Virus record (IMG/VR): IMGVR_UViG_3300026484_000002
Location: 1-64,000 of that record
DNA: 64,000 nt
Source of the DNA: a virus
Reading direction: 5' to 3' (one strand)
Shown: one piece after another, positions 1-9,428 of the stretch
Layout: each line of letters starts with the position of its first letter
How positions within the stretch are numbered: position 1 is the first letter of the stretch
Notes under the pieces: model-generated
The model's input: only the letters and a program-made list of their open reading frames with translations
The model's database searches: none
What the model was told of the DNA's origin: nothing
Position numbers and translations under genes: made by a program

Positions 1-115
1 GTATTCATATTCTTTTTATCATATGTCATTGCTATAACTGAATATACACCGATAACACTGCCAACAAGTATTCCAACAATTAATCCAGTAACTATTAAAT
101 TATCACAATCTTTCA

Positions 116-325
116 TTACATAATCCTCTCTATGATTTTTTTAGGTGTTACTTCCCAACCATATAAAGATAATTTATTACTGAGTTTCTCTAAATACTCT
201 ATGCATTCTCCAAGATTTTCTTTTTGATCTAAATATTCAATTGCATAATCTAAATCTTTTCGTAATTCTTGTTCAATAATCATATCTCTAATCATGTCTT
301 CTTTTTTTTCATTATATGGATCCAT
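116..325 (-). CDS. hypothetical early protein
   Basis: 69-aa ORF with AAGGA SD, co-oriented in a tightly packed early cluster. Confidence 0.7.
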   Translation of the reverse strand: MDPYNEKKEDMIRDMIIEQELRKDLDYAIEYLDQKENLGECIEYLEKLSNKLSLYGWEVTPKKIIERIM

Positions 326-343
326 ATTTATTCCTTTATAATT

Positions 344-565
344 TTATTTTATATCTTCTTTTTTTAGTATATAAATTATAAATATAAATATTAATGATAT
401 TGGAAATATTAAAGATATCATAGACCATTCAAGTAGCCACATTACATAATCATCTTCATCAAATTCAGTAAAACCATATACTTTAGTTTCATACTCTTTT
501 CTATAGTTTATAAAAGGTCTTATACCTATAAGGAATACAAGTATAGTTAAAATAAAGTACCACAT
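344..565 (-). CDS. small membrane protein (2 hydrophobic segments)
   Basis: Hydrophobic N- and C-terminal stretches; abuts upstream gene. Confidence 0.65.
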   Translation of the reverse strand: MWYFILTILVFLIGIRPFINYRKEYETKVYGFTEFDEDDYVMWLLEWSMISLIFPISLIFIFIIYILKKEDIK

Positions 566-567
566 AA

Positions 568-1164
568 CTATTCACTTCTAATGAGCAATAGCTCATTATA
601 CATTTCATCAATAAGTTGCTGTACTAATTCTTCTGTTTTAAGGTATTGCCAATTAGGATAACGCTTACATTTAGACCAAGCAATACTTTTTAATTCTTTG
701 ATTAAAAAGTCGAAAGACCAATTTTTTTCATTATCTTTAAACTTGATAAATCTACCTTTATTTAATTCCCATATACGCTTTTTAACTTTATATTTAGCAG
801 TACGAAGCATTGACTCTTTTTCTGCTTCTTCTCTTGTCTTAAATACATTTCCTTGTTCGATGATAGCTTTATCATTTTCACAATTCAATATTTCACTAGT
901 TAATGTATTTCCATCAATATCAATATAATAAGCTTTTTCTCCATTTTTTGGTTCCCAGAAAATTGGTATTTCCTTATATATTTTCCATTCTGTTTCATTC
1001 CATGATTCGTTCATTGGAGTATTTTCTGAAAAAATATTCATATAACGAAATGGGTTAGTATGTGTTTCATCATAATAACAATAAATTATATTCTCATAAT
1101 TTTTAGGTGTTAATTTTTTACCATTTAGTAGTCTTTCTATTAGTTCTTTTTTAGTTAATATCAT
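568..1164 (-). CDS. hypothetical phage protein
   Basis: 198 aa, AAGGAG SD; WEPKNGEKAYYI...GNVFKTREEAE segment of a kind common in phage early proteins. Confidence 0.75.
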   Translation of the reverse strand: MILTKKELIERLLNGKKLTPKNYENIIYCYYDETHTNPFRYMNIFSENTPMNESWNETEWKIYKEIPIFWEPKNGEKAYYIDIDGNTLTSEILNCENDKAIIEQGNVFKTREEAEKESMLRTAKYKVKKRIWELNKGRFIKFKDNEKNWSFDFLIKELKSIAWSKCKRYPNWQYLKTEELVQQLIDEMYNELLLIRSE

Positions 1165-1198
1165 TTTATTCTCCTTTAATTACATAATATAAATTTAA

Positions 1199-1513
1199 TT
1201 ACATAATATAAAAATGTAAAAGTTTGTATAATTGAAGTTCATGAATATGGTCATCAATTTCTCTTTTCATATCTTCATATTCTTCATTACTATCCCAAAC
1301 ACCTTGCAAATGACTTTTTACCCATTCAGTATATATAAATAAAGTATCCTTCCACTCTCTTTGCTTGTTGTCATGTGTGTTAAAACACAAATAAGTAATC
1401 CAAGTAGGGGTTTGCCACAGTTCTACTTTTTTACCTTTCTTATCCTCTGCATATAGATTCATACTCATTTTATTCTCCTTGATATAAATCTTCAGGTTTA
1501 ACTGGTTTTGCAT
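1199..1513 (-). CDS. hypothetical protein (true start probably MSMNL near 1468)
   Basis: AAGGAG precedes the internal Met; the longer start overlaps the upstream gene. Confidence 0.7.
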   Translation of the reverse strand: MQNQLNLKIYIKENKMSMNLYAEDKKGKKVELWQTPTWITYLCFNTHDNKQREWKDTLFIYTEWVKSHLQGVWDSNEEYEDMKREIDDHIHELQLYKLLHFYIM

Positions 1514-1982
1514 ATTTCCAACAATCGTTTAAACAATTAAAAGGTAATCTATCGTTTTTATGATAGCTTAAAAAGATATCTATTTCCCATTCATTGTCTT
1601 TATGACTTTTAACCCATACAGGTTTATTCTTCATATTTGGATTGTTATACCATTCAAGTGGTTTAATTCTGTATTTTTCATTCAAATTCCAATCAGGTTT
1701 ACAATTCACCCATACAGCTTTTACTTTAGACTCACTATTACTGTCTAAACCTGCTTCTTGATATTGTAATAATTGAAATTGGGTATCCGGTTTTTCAATT
1801 TGTAATTTTCTAAATTCTGCATGTGCATTATCTACTACATAATATGTATTTGAAGTCCAATTAGGAATATATGTAAATTCCCATATATCTTCTTTAAAAT
1901 GGCTTATGCTTCTTATATATACTTTTGGTCTTCCTGCCGAAATCCATCTTTTAAATTCGTTTATTAACTCTTCATTAGTCAT
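1470..1982 (-). CDS. hypothetical phage protein
   Basis: 170-aa ORF, Trp/aromatic-rich, co-oriented. Confidence 0.75.
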   Translation of the reverse strand: MTNEELINEFKRWISAGRPKVYIRSISHFKEDIWEFTYIPNWTSNTYYVVDNAHAEFRKLQIEKPDTQFQLLQYQEAGLDSNSESKVKAVWVNCKPDWNLNEKYRIKPLEWYNNPNMKNKPVWVKSHKDNEWEIDIFLSYHKNDRLPFNCLNDCWKYAKPVKPEDLYQGE

Positions 1983-2042
1983 TTTATTTCTCTTTTAGTA
2001 TTTTTATAATTTCTGTTATTTTTTTTGTTGTTATCATTTGTT

Positions 2043-2420
2043 TTATATAATTCTATTTTGTTTCAGTATATCTTTTTTATCGAAATTACTATATACTTTG
2101 ATAACATTTTTTGTTTTATTATATATCATAGCTTTTGGTATCCAGCAATCATCTGGTATTCCTTTTAATAATATAGCTTTTTCTATTTCGTGTATAATCT
2201 TAAAATTTGCAATGATTATATAAGTTGGTTTATATGAACATGAAGTGTTATAACTATCATTATAGTCATAATAACTTTCATTGTCATCATTATTTGGTTC
2301 TCTTCCACCATAATTTTCAGCTCTACAATATGGATTGCTTGAACTTTCTACTTCATATCTAGCCCAATCACATTCATCATCAAATTCGTAGCCATCTGAA
2401 CTTATATATTTTGCATACAT
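2043..2420 (-). CDS. hypothetical protein
   Basis: 125 aa with AAGGAG SD. Confidence 0.7.
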   Translation of the reverse strand: MYAKYISSDGYEFDDECDWARYEVESSSNPYCRAENYGGREPNNDDNESYYDYNDSYNTSCSYKPTYIIIANFKIIHEIEKAILLKGIPDDCWIPKAMIYNKTKNVIKVYSNFDKKDILKQNRII

Positions 2421-2423
2421 TTT

Positions 2424-2618
2424 TTATCTCCTTTTTATTTTTTTTTGTTTTTCTTTTAAAAGTTTTAAACCTTCTATAATATCATCTACATCTTTTTCAT
2501 GTAAATCTATTGAATTATGATCTATTTCATCGTCATAATAAATATCGTTCTTTCTTGCATATCTAAGTGTAATTTTTAAATGTTCTTTATTTATTTTATC
2601 TATATCATAAGTAATCAT
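2424..2618 (-). CDS. hypothetical protein
   Basis: 64 aa, tightly packed with neighbours. Confidence 0.65.
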   Translation of the reverse strand: MITYDIDKINKEHLKITLRYARKNDIYYDDEIDHNSIDLHEKDVDDIIEGLKLLKEKQKKIKRR

Positions 2619-2619
2619 T

Positions 2620-3063
2620 TTATTTCTCTAATGTTTTATAGGCTTCTAATATCCACTCATTATATCTATAAAATGGAAGTGCTTTATAATTATCAAAAAT
2701 CCATTTTATTTTTTTACCTTCATAATCATAATTATAAATGGTTTTATTTTTAACATCATAAAATCCGATATATTTTTCATGAGCATTTTTATTATTCCAG
2801 CATTTAATAGGTTGTCCATCCCATAAGTCTTTTTTAAAATCATAAGCTATATTTTCCCATTTATCATCAGTATGTTTTATACGAGTATAAGAAATGTAAC
2901 CTACTTTATTATGTTTGTTATTTCCTTTCCATACTGTAATGCCTCCTGTTATAAAAATAAATTTTACAATTTCACCAGAATCTTTCCATTTTTTAAATAA
3001 TGGATATATAAATTTAGATTCTTCTAGCTGTTCTTTTGTTAACTTTACTGTATATTTTTTCAT
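2620..3063 (-). CDS. hypothetical phage protein
   Basis: 147 aa, AAGGAG SD. Confidence 0.75.
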   Translation of the reverse strand: MKKYTVKLTKEQLEESKFIYPLFKKWKDSGEIVKFIFITGGITVWKGNNKHNKVGYISYTRIKHTDDKWENIAYDFKKDLWDGQPIKCWNNKNAHEKYIGFYDVKNKTIYNYDYEGKKIKWIFDNYKALPFYRYNEWILEAYKTLEK

Positions 3064-3064
3064 T

Positions 3065-3361
3065 TTATTTCTCCTTTTCTAATTCTTGCTTTAATTGCAA
3101 CATAAATTTATGATTGTTGGATCTAGCTTTGCTTGTTATTCCTCTTTTGTCTGCTTTGCTAAAAAAGTCTATACATTCATTTAAATCAAAAGTATTAACT
3201 TGTGTTCTAGCTTCTTTAATAGATCCATGTCTATTACTACTTTTTACATACATTGTTTTTATTTTTATATCTAGATTATTTCTAAATGTATTCATTAAAC
3301 TATCTGTATGTTTTTTAGTAGTATATTTATTTAAAATATATCTATCTATTCTCATATGCAT
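3065..3361 (-). CDS. hypothetical basic protein
   Basis: 98 aa, AAGGA SD. Confidence 0.65.
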   Translation of the reverse strand: MHMRIDRYILNKYTTKKHTDSLMNTFRNNLDIKIKTMYVKSSNRHGSIKEARTQVNTFDLNECIDFFSKADKRGITSKARSNNHKFMLQLKQELEKEK

Positions 3362-3379
3362 TCCTTATATTAAAGTTTA

Positions 3380-3407
3380 ATAGAACTCTCAAAAAAAGAG
3401 AGTTCTA
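3380..3407. promoter_or_regulatory. intergenic hairpin (terminator or processing site)
   Basis: TAGAACTCTC, A-rich loop, GAGAGTTCTA: perfect 10-bp inverted repeat. Confidence 0.5.
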
Positions 3408-3431
3408 TAAAATTTAATTTTTAATAACATT

Positions 3432-3590
3432 ATACGGTTTACGTGTCTAAGCACTACGTTTAGTTATATAGTCTTTCCTATTAGTCTGCTCAGTTTACAT
3501 GCTTAGAGCTTCATACTAGTCTGTTCCTAGCGTCAAATTATGCGCCAATAATGGCAAAGTAGGGCTTACGTGTCTTGCACTGCCTGAATA
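3432..3590 (-). ncRNA. candidate structured non-coding RNA
   Basis: GC-richer intergenic stretch made of repeated stem-loop modules (see findings). Confidence 0.45.
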
Positions 3591-4124
3591 TTAGCAATAG
3601 TTATCTATATGAACTATTTTAGGTTCAACAATTGACTTTGTTAATGCTTTTTCAAATTTATCTGCTTGTTTTTTATAATGATTAACAGATTTTCTTAATG
3701 CAATAATTTCAGCTCTTAATATTGCTAAATCTTGTAAAGATATTTGAATGTCTTTTACATTGTCATAATCAGCTAAATTAATAGCTTGTAATAATATTTC
3801 TAGATCTTTCATTTTAATTTTCCTTTCTATGCTGTATAATGATTTATTTTTTTCCAATATACGCAATGATTCATTTCCGTCATGTTCATCAATAATAAAT
3901 TTTGTATTTGGATCTAACCAAACTAATTCTACATCTCTTGCTCCACCAAAATATTCATTATTTTCTTCTGCTAATTTTTTAGCAGCCTCTATATCTCCTT
4001 TGAAGAATAACTCGTTATATTGTTTATCCATAGAATTGATATCATTCCAAGTTGACCAACCTGCACCATATCCTTTACTAACAGCTACTGCCACTTGACC
4101 TTTATCGTTATATAATTTTTCCAT
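3591..4124 (-). CDS. hypothetical protein, probably two in-frame genes (second start MKDLE at 3812)
   Basis: N-terminal GYGAGWSTWN domain; internal AAGGA-N8-ATG. Confidence 0.7.
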   Translation of the reverse strand: MEKLYNDKGQVAVAVSKGYGAGWSTWNDINSMDKQYNELFFKGDIEAAKKLAEENNEYFGGARDVELVWLDPNTKFIIDEHDGNESLRILEKNKSLYSIERKIKMKDLEILLQAINLADYDNVKDIQISLQDLAILRAEIIALRKSVNHYKKQADKFEKALTKSIVEPKIVHIDNYC

Positions 4125-4227
4125 TATTTATCCTTTTATTTGATATATGCAATTATTGCTGTATTTGTTAAAAATCCTATTATAAAAAATATAATTGATA
4201 TTTCTATTAAATCATATTTTGTATACA

Positions 4228-4461
4228 TTATTCTTCCTTTTTATTCATAAAGTATAATATTGTAGCTTTTGCTATAATATTTTCTACATATACACTTTCT
4301 TTGTAATATATAGATACAAGATGAGTAGTACATACTCCTAATGCTTTGCAATTACTATAGACTTCTGCAGGAATTGCTGTATCTATATCTATTATTTCTG
4401 CATCTTTTTCTAAGCAATACTTTATAAAATCACCTTTATTTTCTAATTTTTCAAATTGCAT
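4228..4461 (-). CDS. hypothetical protein
   Basis: 77 aa, AAGGA SD. Confidence 0.65.
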   Translation of the reverse strand: MQFEKLENKGDFIKYCLEKDAEIIDIDTAIPAEVYSNCKALGVCTTHLVSIYYKESVYVENIIAKATILYFMNKKEE

Positions 4462-4472
4462 TTTTTATCCTT

Positions 4473-4736
4473 TTATTTAACAATCAATACAGATATTCCA
4501 TTTGTTTTATATTTATGTTTTAAATCTAATATATTATTGGATCTACATATTTCTGTATTGCATTTTATTATTTTTATTCCATGAGATTTGAAATCTTTTA
4601 TGTATTTAAAATCTTTACTTACAATTGCAATATCTCCTTTTTCAAGAATTAATCCTTGTAAATTGTAATTATAGATATTAAATACAGCTGCTTTTCCATA
4701 TAGAAAAAAAAATAAAAGTAAAATTAAAATTTTCAT
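4473..4736 (-). CDS. putative exported protein (signal peptide)
   Basis: MKILILLLFFFLYGKAA N-terminus; AAGGA SD. Confidence 0.6.
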   Translation of the reverse strand: MKILILLLFFFLYGKAAVFNIYNYNLQGLILEKGDIAIVSKDFKYIKDFKSHGIKIIKCNTEICRSNNILDLKHKYKTNGISVLIVK

Positions 4737-4831
4737 TGTTTTCCTTTAATAATTAATAAATAGGTTCGAGACTCATCATCCATTTATTACGTCTATAAAC
4801 AGCTCTCCTATTTTAATTGTTAGATCCAATG

Positions 4832-4960
4832 TTATTTCTTTTCAAACAATTCAGCAATAGATCCAATAATTAAAATTATTGTTACTAGTATTATTTGTAT
4901 TAATACTGGTGCAATATATATCCCTAATGCTATTAAAATTCCTATTCCTACATATTCCAT
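4832..4960 (-). CDS. small membrane protein (42 aa, not in ORF track)
   Basis: MEYVGIGILIALGIYIAPVLIQIILVTIILIIGSIAELFEKK, with AAGGA SD. Confidence 0.55.
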   Translation of the reverse strand: MEYVGIGILIALGIYIAPVLIQIILVTIILIIGSIAELFEKK

Positions 4961-5120
4961 TTCTTATCCTTTTATTTATATACAAAAGTTAACTTTTTAT
5001 TATTTTATTTTAAAAAGTTTACTTTTCTATTTTTTTTATTTTATCTAAAAAAAACTGTTATTTGTCTTGAAGTGAACATATAGTAAAATGATATTTTTCA
5101 AAACAATCTGATTTGAGGTT

Positions 5121-5294
5121 TTAACTTTTTTTATTAATTATTTTTATATTATTTATTTTATATAAAAAATAAATAATGCTTCCTATTGCTATTGGTAAAA
5201 TAATAACTCCTGCAGCAATAGAAAAAACTAATATTAAACTAATACTTACTAAACCTAAAATCCAAAATAATATCATCATTGTTGAACTTTTCAT
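5121..5294 (-). CDS. small membrane protein (57 aa, not in ORF track)
   Basis: MKSSTMMILFWILGLV... long hydrophobic core, AAGGA SD. Confidence 0.55.
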   Translation of the reverse strand: MKSSTMMILFWILGLVSISLILVFSIAAGVIILPIAIGSIIYFLYKINNIKIINKKS

Positions 5295-5306
5295 AATATG
5301 ATCCTT

Positions 5307-5636
5307 TTATTTTTTTAATATTTTGTTTAATCTTTCTTGACTTTCTTTTAACATATCAATAGATATATTTTCAGTTGACATATCTTCAGTTGATATATTT
5401 TCTGTTTCTTCTTTTAATAAATCAAATTTAGGTTCATTAAATAAAAAATAGAAAGATATTACAAAAGATGCTACTGTAGCAACCATCATACCTCCTAAGG
5501 AACCTCCAAATACTAAAGTTAATAGTATGAGCAGTCCTCCATCAAAAAAAGCATCTTGATAGCGTTCTAATTCTATTTTTTTAAATATAATTAGTATATT
5601 AAAAGCAGTTGAAATTCCCATTATGATAAATAACAT
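5307..5636 (-). CDS. membrane protein (about 3 TM segments)
   Basis: Hydrophobic helices with GGSLGG; AAGGAG SD. Confidence 0.75.
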   Translation of the reverse strand: MLFIIMGISTAFNILIIFKKIELERYQDAFFDGGLLILLTLVFGGSLGGMMVATVASFVISFYFLFNEPKFDLLKEETENISTEDMSTENISIDMLKESQERLNKILKK

Positions 5637-5720
5637 TTTAAACTCCTTATTTTAATGTTTCTTTTCTTTGTATCTTTGTTTCTTCCAAAAAAAATAAAAG
5701 AAAAAAAATAACACAACACA

Positions 5721-5990
5721 TCATTTGATGCGCTGTATCTTTTTTATTTTTAATGTTATAGATTGCTCTACTCCTCTTCGTAGATATTCTATAGTATCTG
5801 CTATTATTTCTACTTTTATTGGTTTCTTATGTCCTTTAGGCATTATCTTTTCTATTTTTGATGAAAGAGAGATCCAACAATGATCTCTAAATTCTTTACC
5901 ATCTGTTTCTCTAACTCTAGTTAATAACACTTTTGGAGAAGAAGTATATACTTCTCTCCTATTTCCTGTAAGTAAAGCTATATATTTCAT
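5721..5990 (-). CDS. hypothetical protein
   Basis: 89 aa directly downstream of the RNAP gene, AGGAG SD. Confidence 0.7.
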   Translation of the reverse strand: MKYIALLTGNRREVYTSSPKVLLTRVRETDGKEFRDHCWISLSSKIEKIMPKGHKKPIKVEIIADTIEYLRRGVEQSITLKIKKIQRIK

Positions 5991-5999
5991 TTATTCTCC

Positions 6000-7877
6000 T
6001 TATTTTAATACCATTGGAGAACATTTAAATTCTCCTGCAGGTTCTACTAATTTCATAATTTCTTTCCACTCTGCTAATGTTGAAGCAGATATATTTAAAC
6101 TACGAAAATAATTTTCTAATATACTATTTCTATCTTTATATAGTTTGTCTATTTGAGATGCATAAACTTCTCTAGCTAATTCTGCATATTCACAATCAAC
6201 TATGATAGCATCATGTATATCTATACACCATTTAGCTATATTATAGACTATATTACAGGTATAATCCATAACTCTACTATCAAGATGATGGATTAATCCT
6301 GTGCTTGTCCAAGTTCTAAATTGTTGTAAATTGGGTACTTTTATAGTATCTGTATGATGAATTCTTTTAATAGATTTACTATAACTATCATATAAATCAT
6401 ATTTAATAGTTTTTTCACCTCTATTGTAGAATTTATTACATTTAACTATAAATTTCTCATTCCATATATTTAATTCCATTTCTGGTTGCATATTGGAATG
6501 AGTAGCCATAAATTGCTTCATGAGATTAGCAGGTGCTAAATTTCCTGTAGTTATGTCTTTTTCCATAGCTATAGCTTCTTCTCTAGTACCTTTTATGTCC
6601 ATAGCAGACCACATATCTAAGATAGGTTGTTTGGATCCATATAATATTCTCATAACTGACTTAGCTTGATTTCTATTAGTTATCATATCATGAGCCCAAG
6701 CATCATTTAATTTATCTTCTTCAACTATAACATTACATTCAACTAGATAAGGTTTATGTCCTAATAATAGTCCATAGTAGCTTTTGATACTAGCACTAGC
6801 ATCTAGCTCTATAGGTACTGTCCATTTGTAATTATCTGTATTAAAGTAATTATCTATATCTATATATAGTCTTTCTAACCATATGGAATCAGGTAATTCT
6901 TTAAGTTCATCTTCGTTAGATAAATCTAAATCAGGATACCATTTAGTTTTATAACATTGTTTTCCATATGCTATTTTGCCTCCTATGGTTCCAGATTTAT
7001 AACCTGCTAATTCAGCTATAAATAGATATTTAGCTTTTAAGCCTTTTTTTGTAGCTATATTACGATTAGCTTCAGGTATAACTAATAAACTTCTCATAAT
7101 TTTATAGCCAACTGGATTGCCTATTTTATTAAGATATCCAGCTATATTTCTACCTCTTGGATCTGAAGTGCGATTACCACTGTTATAGATACTACTATCT
7201 AACATGTATGAATCTATGACTTCTTTACCTATATTTCCATAATTAGCTAAATCATCTCTAAGTATTGGATATTTAATTAAAGTCTTCTCTATACCATAAT
7301 TAACTAATTTAATTACTTCTGAATAATATAGTTTCATTGTAGGTATATCAAAACTAAATTCTGTTTTGCCTGTTTTAGCAAAACCTGGTCTATATAATCC
7401 TGTATCAGATACAACACCTTTAGTACTAGTTAAATTAGCACACTTTTCATCTACTTCTATATTAGTAAGTAGATATTTATTCCATTTAAATTGTTTACGA
7501 ATAGAGGCTAATTCTTCTTTAGTAATCCATTCTAATAACTTATCTTTATTTAGTTTTGCTTCTGACCAATTTTGATTAGGCTTAGTACTAATAATAATAT
7601 AGCCTGCTTCTGATAATATTTGAAGAGTTATATTCATCAGTTTAGGTGATTTAATTTTCTGTGCCCAATAAGGTAAACTAATACTACCTTTAGCACCTTT
7701 AATTAAATATGTTCTCCACATAGCTTCAAACATATGTTGCAATTCTTTATATGCTCTCGGATCTTTAGATTGCATATTTTTAATTCGTGGCATACTGTAT
7801 TTTCCATTAAACAGTTCTGTTCTTCTATCTATTGCCATTTTATATTCCTTATTTAAATTTGAATAGTTTATACTCAT
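6000..7877 (-). CDS. single-subunit DNA-directed RNA polymerase (T7/N4 RNAPII-like); likely start MAIDR at 7838
   Basis: DPRGR motif, motif A PIELDASAS, motif B RNQAKSVMRILYGS, IHHLDS, motif C IHDA. Confidence 0.88.
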   Translation of the reverse strand: MSINYSNLNKEYKMAIDRRTELFNGKYSMPRIKNMQSKDPRAYKELQHMFEAMWRTYLIKGAKGSISLPYWAQKIKSPKLMNITLQILSEAGYIIISTKPNQNWSEAKLNKDKLLEWITKEELASIRKQFKWNKYLLTNIEVDEKCANLTSTKGVVSDTGLYRPGFAKTGKTEFSFDIPTMKLYYSEVIKLVNYGIEKTLIKYPILRDDLANYGNIGKEVIDSYMLDSSIYNSGNRTSDPRGRNIAGYLNKIGNPVGYKIMRSLLVIPEANRNIATKKGLKAKYLFIAELAGYKSGTIGGKIAYGKQCYKTKWYPDLDLSNEDELKELPDSIWLERLYIDIDNYFNTDNYKWTVPIELDASASIKSYYGLLLGHKPYLVECNVIVEEDKLNDAWAHDMITNRNQAKSVMRILYGSKQPILDMWSAMDIKGTREEAIAMEKDITTGNLAPANLMKQFMATHSNMQPEMELNIWNEKFIVKCNKFYNRGEKTIKYDLYDSYSKSIKRIHHTDTIKVPNLQQFRTWTSTGLIHHLDSRVMDYTCNIVYNIAKWCIDIHDAIIVDCEYAELAREVYASQIDKLYKDRNSILENYFRSLNISASTLAEWKEIMKLVEPAGEFKCSPMVLK

Positions 7878-7893
7878 ATTCAGGAGTATTTAT

Positions 7894-8622
7894 CTAATCT
7901 TCTAAAGTAAATTCATTAGAAGTAGATAGTTGTTGAGATTTTTCAATCTCTTCTAATTGCTTTTTAGCTCTACGAGTAGCTGTTTGTTCCCATTTATTAA
8001 CTAATTCTACTAGTTTTTCTTTACTAGGTAAAATTTCATATAGTTCTAATTTAACTGTAATAGATTGTAGTAACATATATAGCTCATCTATATTACTAGC
8101 CTCCCACTCTTTTACTGCTTTAAGACTTGCTAATGGCTCATCGTTGTCTATTGAATCATGTATTTCTTGTTTATGCATAGTTCTAAAACCTTCTACATAA
8201 ATACCATCTTTATTTACATAATCAACTGTACCTAGTATTTGATTGGTAATTTGTAATTCTGTAAATGGTACACCTACAATAGCTTCATATTGCATAGCCA
8301 TCTCATCTGTAAATGCTGATGCTGAACCAGTAATAATACCTATTAATTTATCTAGCCCCATTCCAAATTGAGTTACTGGAAATACTCTAACACTATATTT
8401 AGATCCATCTTTAGCTATAAATGGAGTAATGTTAATATTTAATTGATGAATGATAATATCTAATTTAGATATCTCATTACTAAGATTAGCTATTCTAGCT
8501 TGTGTCTCCATGAATGCATCATTATCTAATAGATCCATAGATGCTTCTGCCATTTTTGCTTTACGCTCTGCTACTTTCTCTGCCACTCTTGCTTCAAATG
8601 CTGTTACTGTTGCTTTATTCAT
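7894..8622 (-). CDS. hypothetical early protein upstream of RNAP (possible transcription accessory factor)
   Basis: 242 aa, GGAGGA SD; role inferred from position only. Confidence 0.75.
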   Translation of the reverse strand: MNKATVTAFEARVAEKVAERKAKMAEASMDLLDNDAFMETQARIANLSNEISKLDIIIHQLNINITPFIAKDGSKYSVRVFPVTQFGMGLDKLIGIITGSASAFTDEMAMQYEAIVGVPFTELQITNQILGTVDYVNKDGIYVEGFRTMHKQEIHDSIDNDEPLASLKAVKEWEASNIDELYMLLQSITVKLELYEILPSKEKLVELVNKWEQTATRRAKKQLEEIEKSQQLSTSNEFTLED

Positions 8623-8672
8623 GTTGTCCTCCTACAGACTATATTTAATTTGAACTAGATTATCTAGCTCTA

Positions 8673-8696
8673 TAGAACAATACGAATATTGCTCTA
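8673..8696 (-). promoter_or_regulatory. hairpin with TTCG loop
   Basis: Minus strand TAGAGCAATA-TTCG-TATTGTTCTA. Confidence 0.5.
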
Positions 8697-8801
8697 AGAA
8701 TTAGATTTGTAATATAGTAAATAATTGATTACTATATAAATTAATAAACCTATATTTGCTGATATTAAAGTTATTCCTAATAGTTGTTGAAATGTTAACA
8801 T
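8694..8801 (-). CDS. small single-TM protein (35 aa, not in ORF track)
   Basis: MLTFQQLLGITLISANIGLLIYIVINYLLYYKSNS with AAGGAG SD, behind a copy of the repeated early motif. Confidence 0.55.
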   Translation of the reverse strand: MLTFQQLLGITLISANIGLLIYIVINYLLYYKSNS

Positions 8802-8808
8802 TGAATCT

Positions 8809-8846
8809 CCTTGTTTAATTTAGATTGTACTTATTCAATGGAAAGG
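8809..8846 (-). promoter_or_regulatory. putative early (vRNAP) promoter, copy 3
   Basis: + strand CCTTGTTTAATTTAGATTGTACTTATTCAATGGAAAGG; shared with 9923 and 10268. Confidence 0.55.
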
Positions 8847-9039
8847 CAATATGGTTTGATAGTTAATGTTGTATTGGATCTAAATTGATTAAATGTTGTT
8901 TAGTTGATATTAAAATAGATAATTAAAAATTAAGTAATTGATTGATTAAAAATTAAGCAGTTAGTTGTTTAGTTTTTGATAGATGATTGTTTTGAGGTAG
9001 AATTGCTGAAAACTTGTATCTAAAGATATTATAGACCAT

Positions 9040-9306
9040 ATGTTTAATGGTGGAAAAATAAATATAGGTACTAATTCTTCTCCTCTACTCACTGATAGTT
9101 TATTAAGTGTATATAACCATTTTAAAAATAAAGAAATTGATATATTAGATTCTTCTAAAACTAAAGATATGGCTGAATTCACTGATGAAGAACTAGCTAT
9201 GCTAAACGATAAGATTAGAGAACTTAAATCTGAATTTAGTGGCAAGATGTTAAAACAACTAAACTATTTATTGTATACAGATATTATTAATAATTATGAT
9301 GTCTAA
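9040..9306 (+). CDS. hypothetical protein, antisense to the early cluster
   Basis: 88-aa ORF with protein-like composition, but no clear SD. Confidence 0.45.
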   Translation: MFNGGKINIGTNSSPLLTDSLLSVYNHFKNKEIDILDSSKTKDMAEFTDEELAMLNDKIRELKSEFSGKMLKQLNYLLYTDIINNYDV

Positions 9307-9428
9307 TTTAGAGAGATATTTCTCAGTACTTTGAGATAATAGATTCCTCTATAAATGAAAAGGTATTTGGTTCTATCAATCTCTAGTCATCTCTCCGTAC
9401 TCTGCGAATTGTGTCATGTGTTATGTGT

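Noticed and set aside
3480-3530. TAAGCATGTA on the minus strand resembles a tmRNA 3' segment
   Set aside because: No tRNA-like acceptor or T-arm and no tag reading frame nearby
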